Below, piece by piece: positions 63,620-64,000 of a stretch of 64,000 nt of DNA. The DNA is from Octopus bimaculoides (taxonomy: Eukaryota). Position 1 is the stretch's first letter, and every line of letters begins with the position of its first letter. The notes below the pieces were generated by a model. That model searched no databases. It worked only from the letters and a program-made list of their open reading frames with translations, and had not been told where the DNA came from. Location: NCBI RefSeq assembly GCF_001194135.2, contig NC_068984.1, positions 79,845,675 to 79,909,674 of the forward strand, given 5' to 3'. The translations under genes and the position numbers were made by a program.

Positions 63620-64000
63620 CCACACACACACAAACACACACCACACACACACATTAAATATGATACACAGATAGCTATTTTAATCTAATACTGCTTCTGT
63701 TGCATTCTGCCAGGTGCTTTTTGAGTTGCATCTGGACCGGTGTTTTTTTATGTGGCACCTTGGTTTTAGAATGAGTAAAGCATTAATTTTATATCATGAA
63801 TTTTACACCAACAGAGCATATATTTATGCTCTCACACATACACATACAATCTCTCTCTCTCTAACACTCAAACTCACACACACAGCGGCATACTTTGTAT
63901 GTTTGTGCATAGGTTTGTCATGCAATAGGTTGAGAATGCCTCATATATTCTTATAAGATTTTGAAGTGGCTCTGTAGTATACTGTGTTTCTTTAATACAT

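Overview
AT-rich, microsatellite-dense eukaryotic draft-assembly sequence with about 15 N-gaps, most flanked by (TA)n. The repeat families and composition suggest a coleoid cephalopod, probably Octopus (inference, not verified). No protein-coding gene can be confidently assembled; the window looks intronic or intergenic, and almost all long ORFs in the track are microsatellite or N-gap artefacts. Supported content: (i) a decayed, near-full-length Tc1 (DD34E) transposon with long IR/DR-type terminal repeats at 47346-48958, plus mariner and Tc1 transposase fragments; (ii) MITE families: mariner-derived TA-flanked, Tc1-derived, TTAA-flanked piggyBac-type, and a 211-bp palindrome; (iii) many RTE-LINE 3' ends with a variable-copy ~64-bp module and (GAT)n tails; (iv) at least four tRNA-derived or Meta-domain-like SINE families; (v) a solitary tRNA-Phe-derived pseudogene. 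The most interesting observations are minimal type I hammerhead-ribozyme-like motifs of the Penelope-associated kind, two of which come from unrelated repeats yet share the same non-canonical core (CCGAUGA instead of CUGAUGA). Also notable: several long hairpins and an inverted repeat pair that could form dsRNA, two AG|GT candidate recursive splice sites, and a candidate 6-nt microexon. Coordinates of degenerate repeats are approximate.
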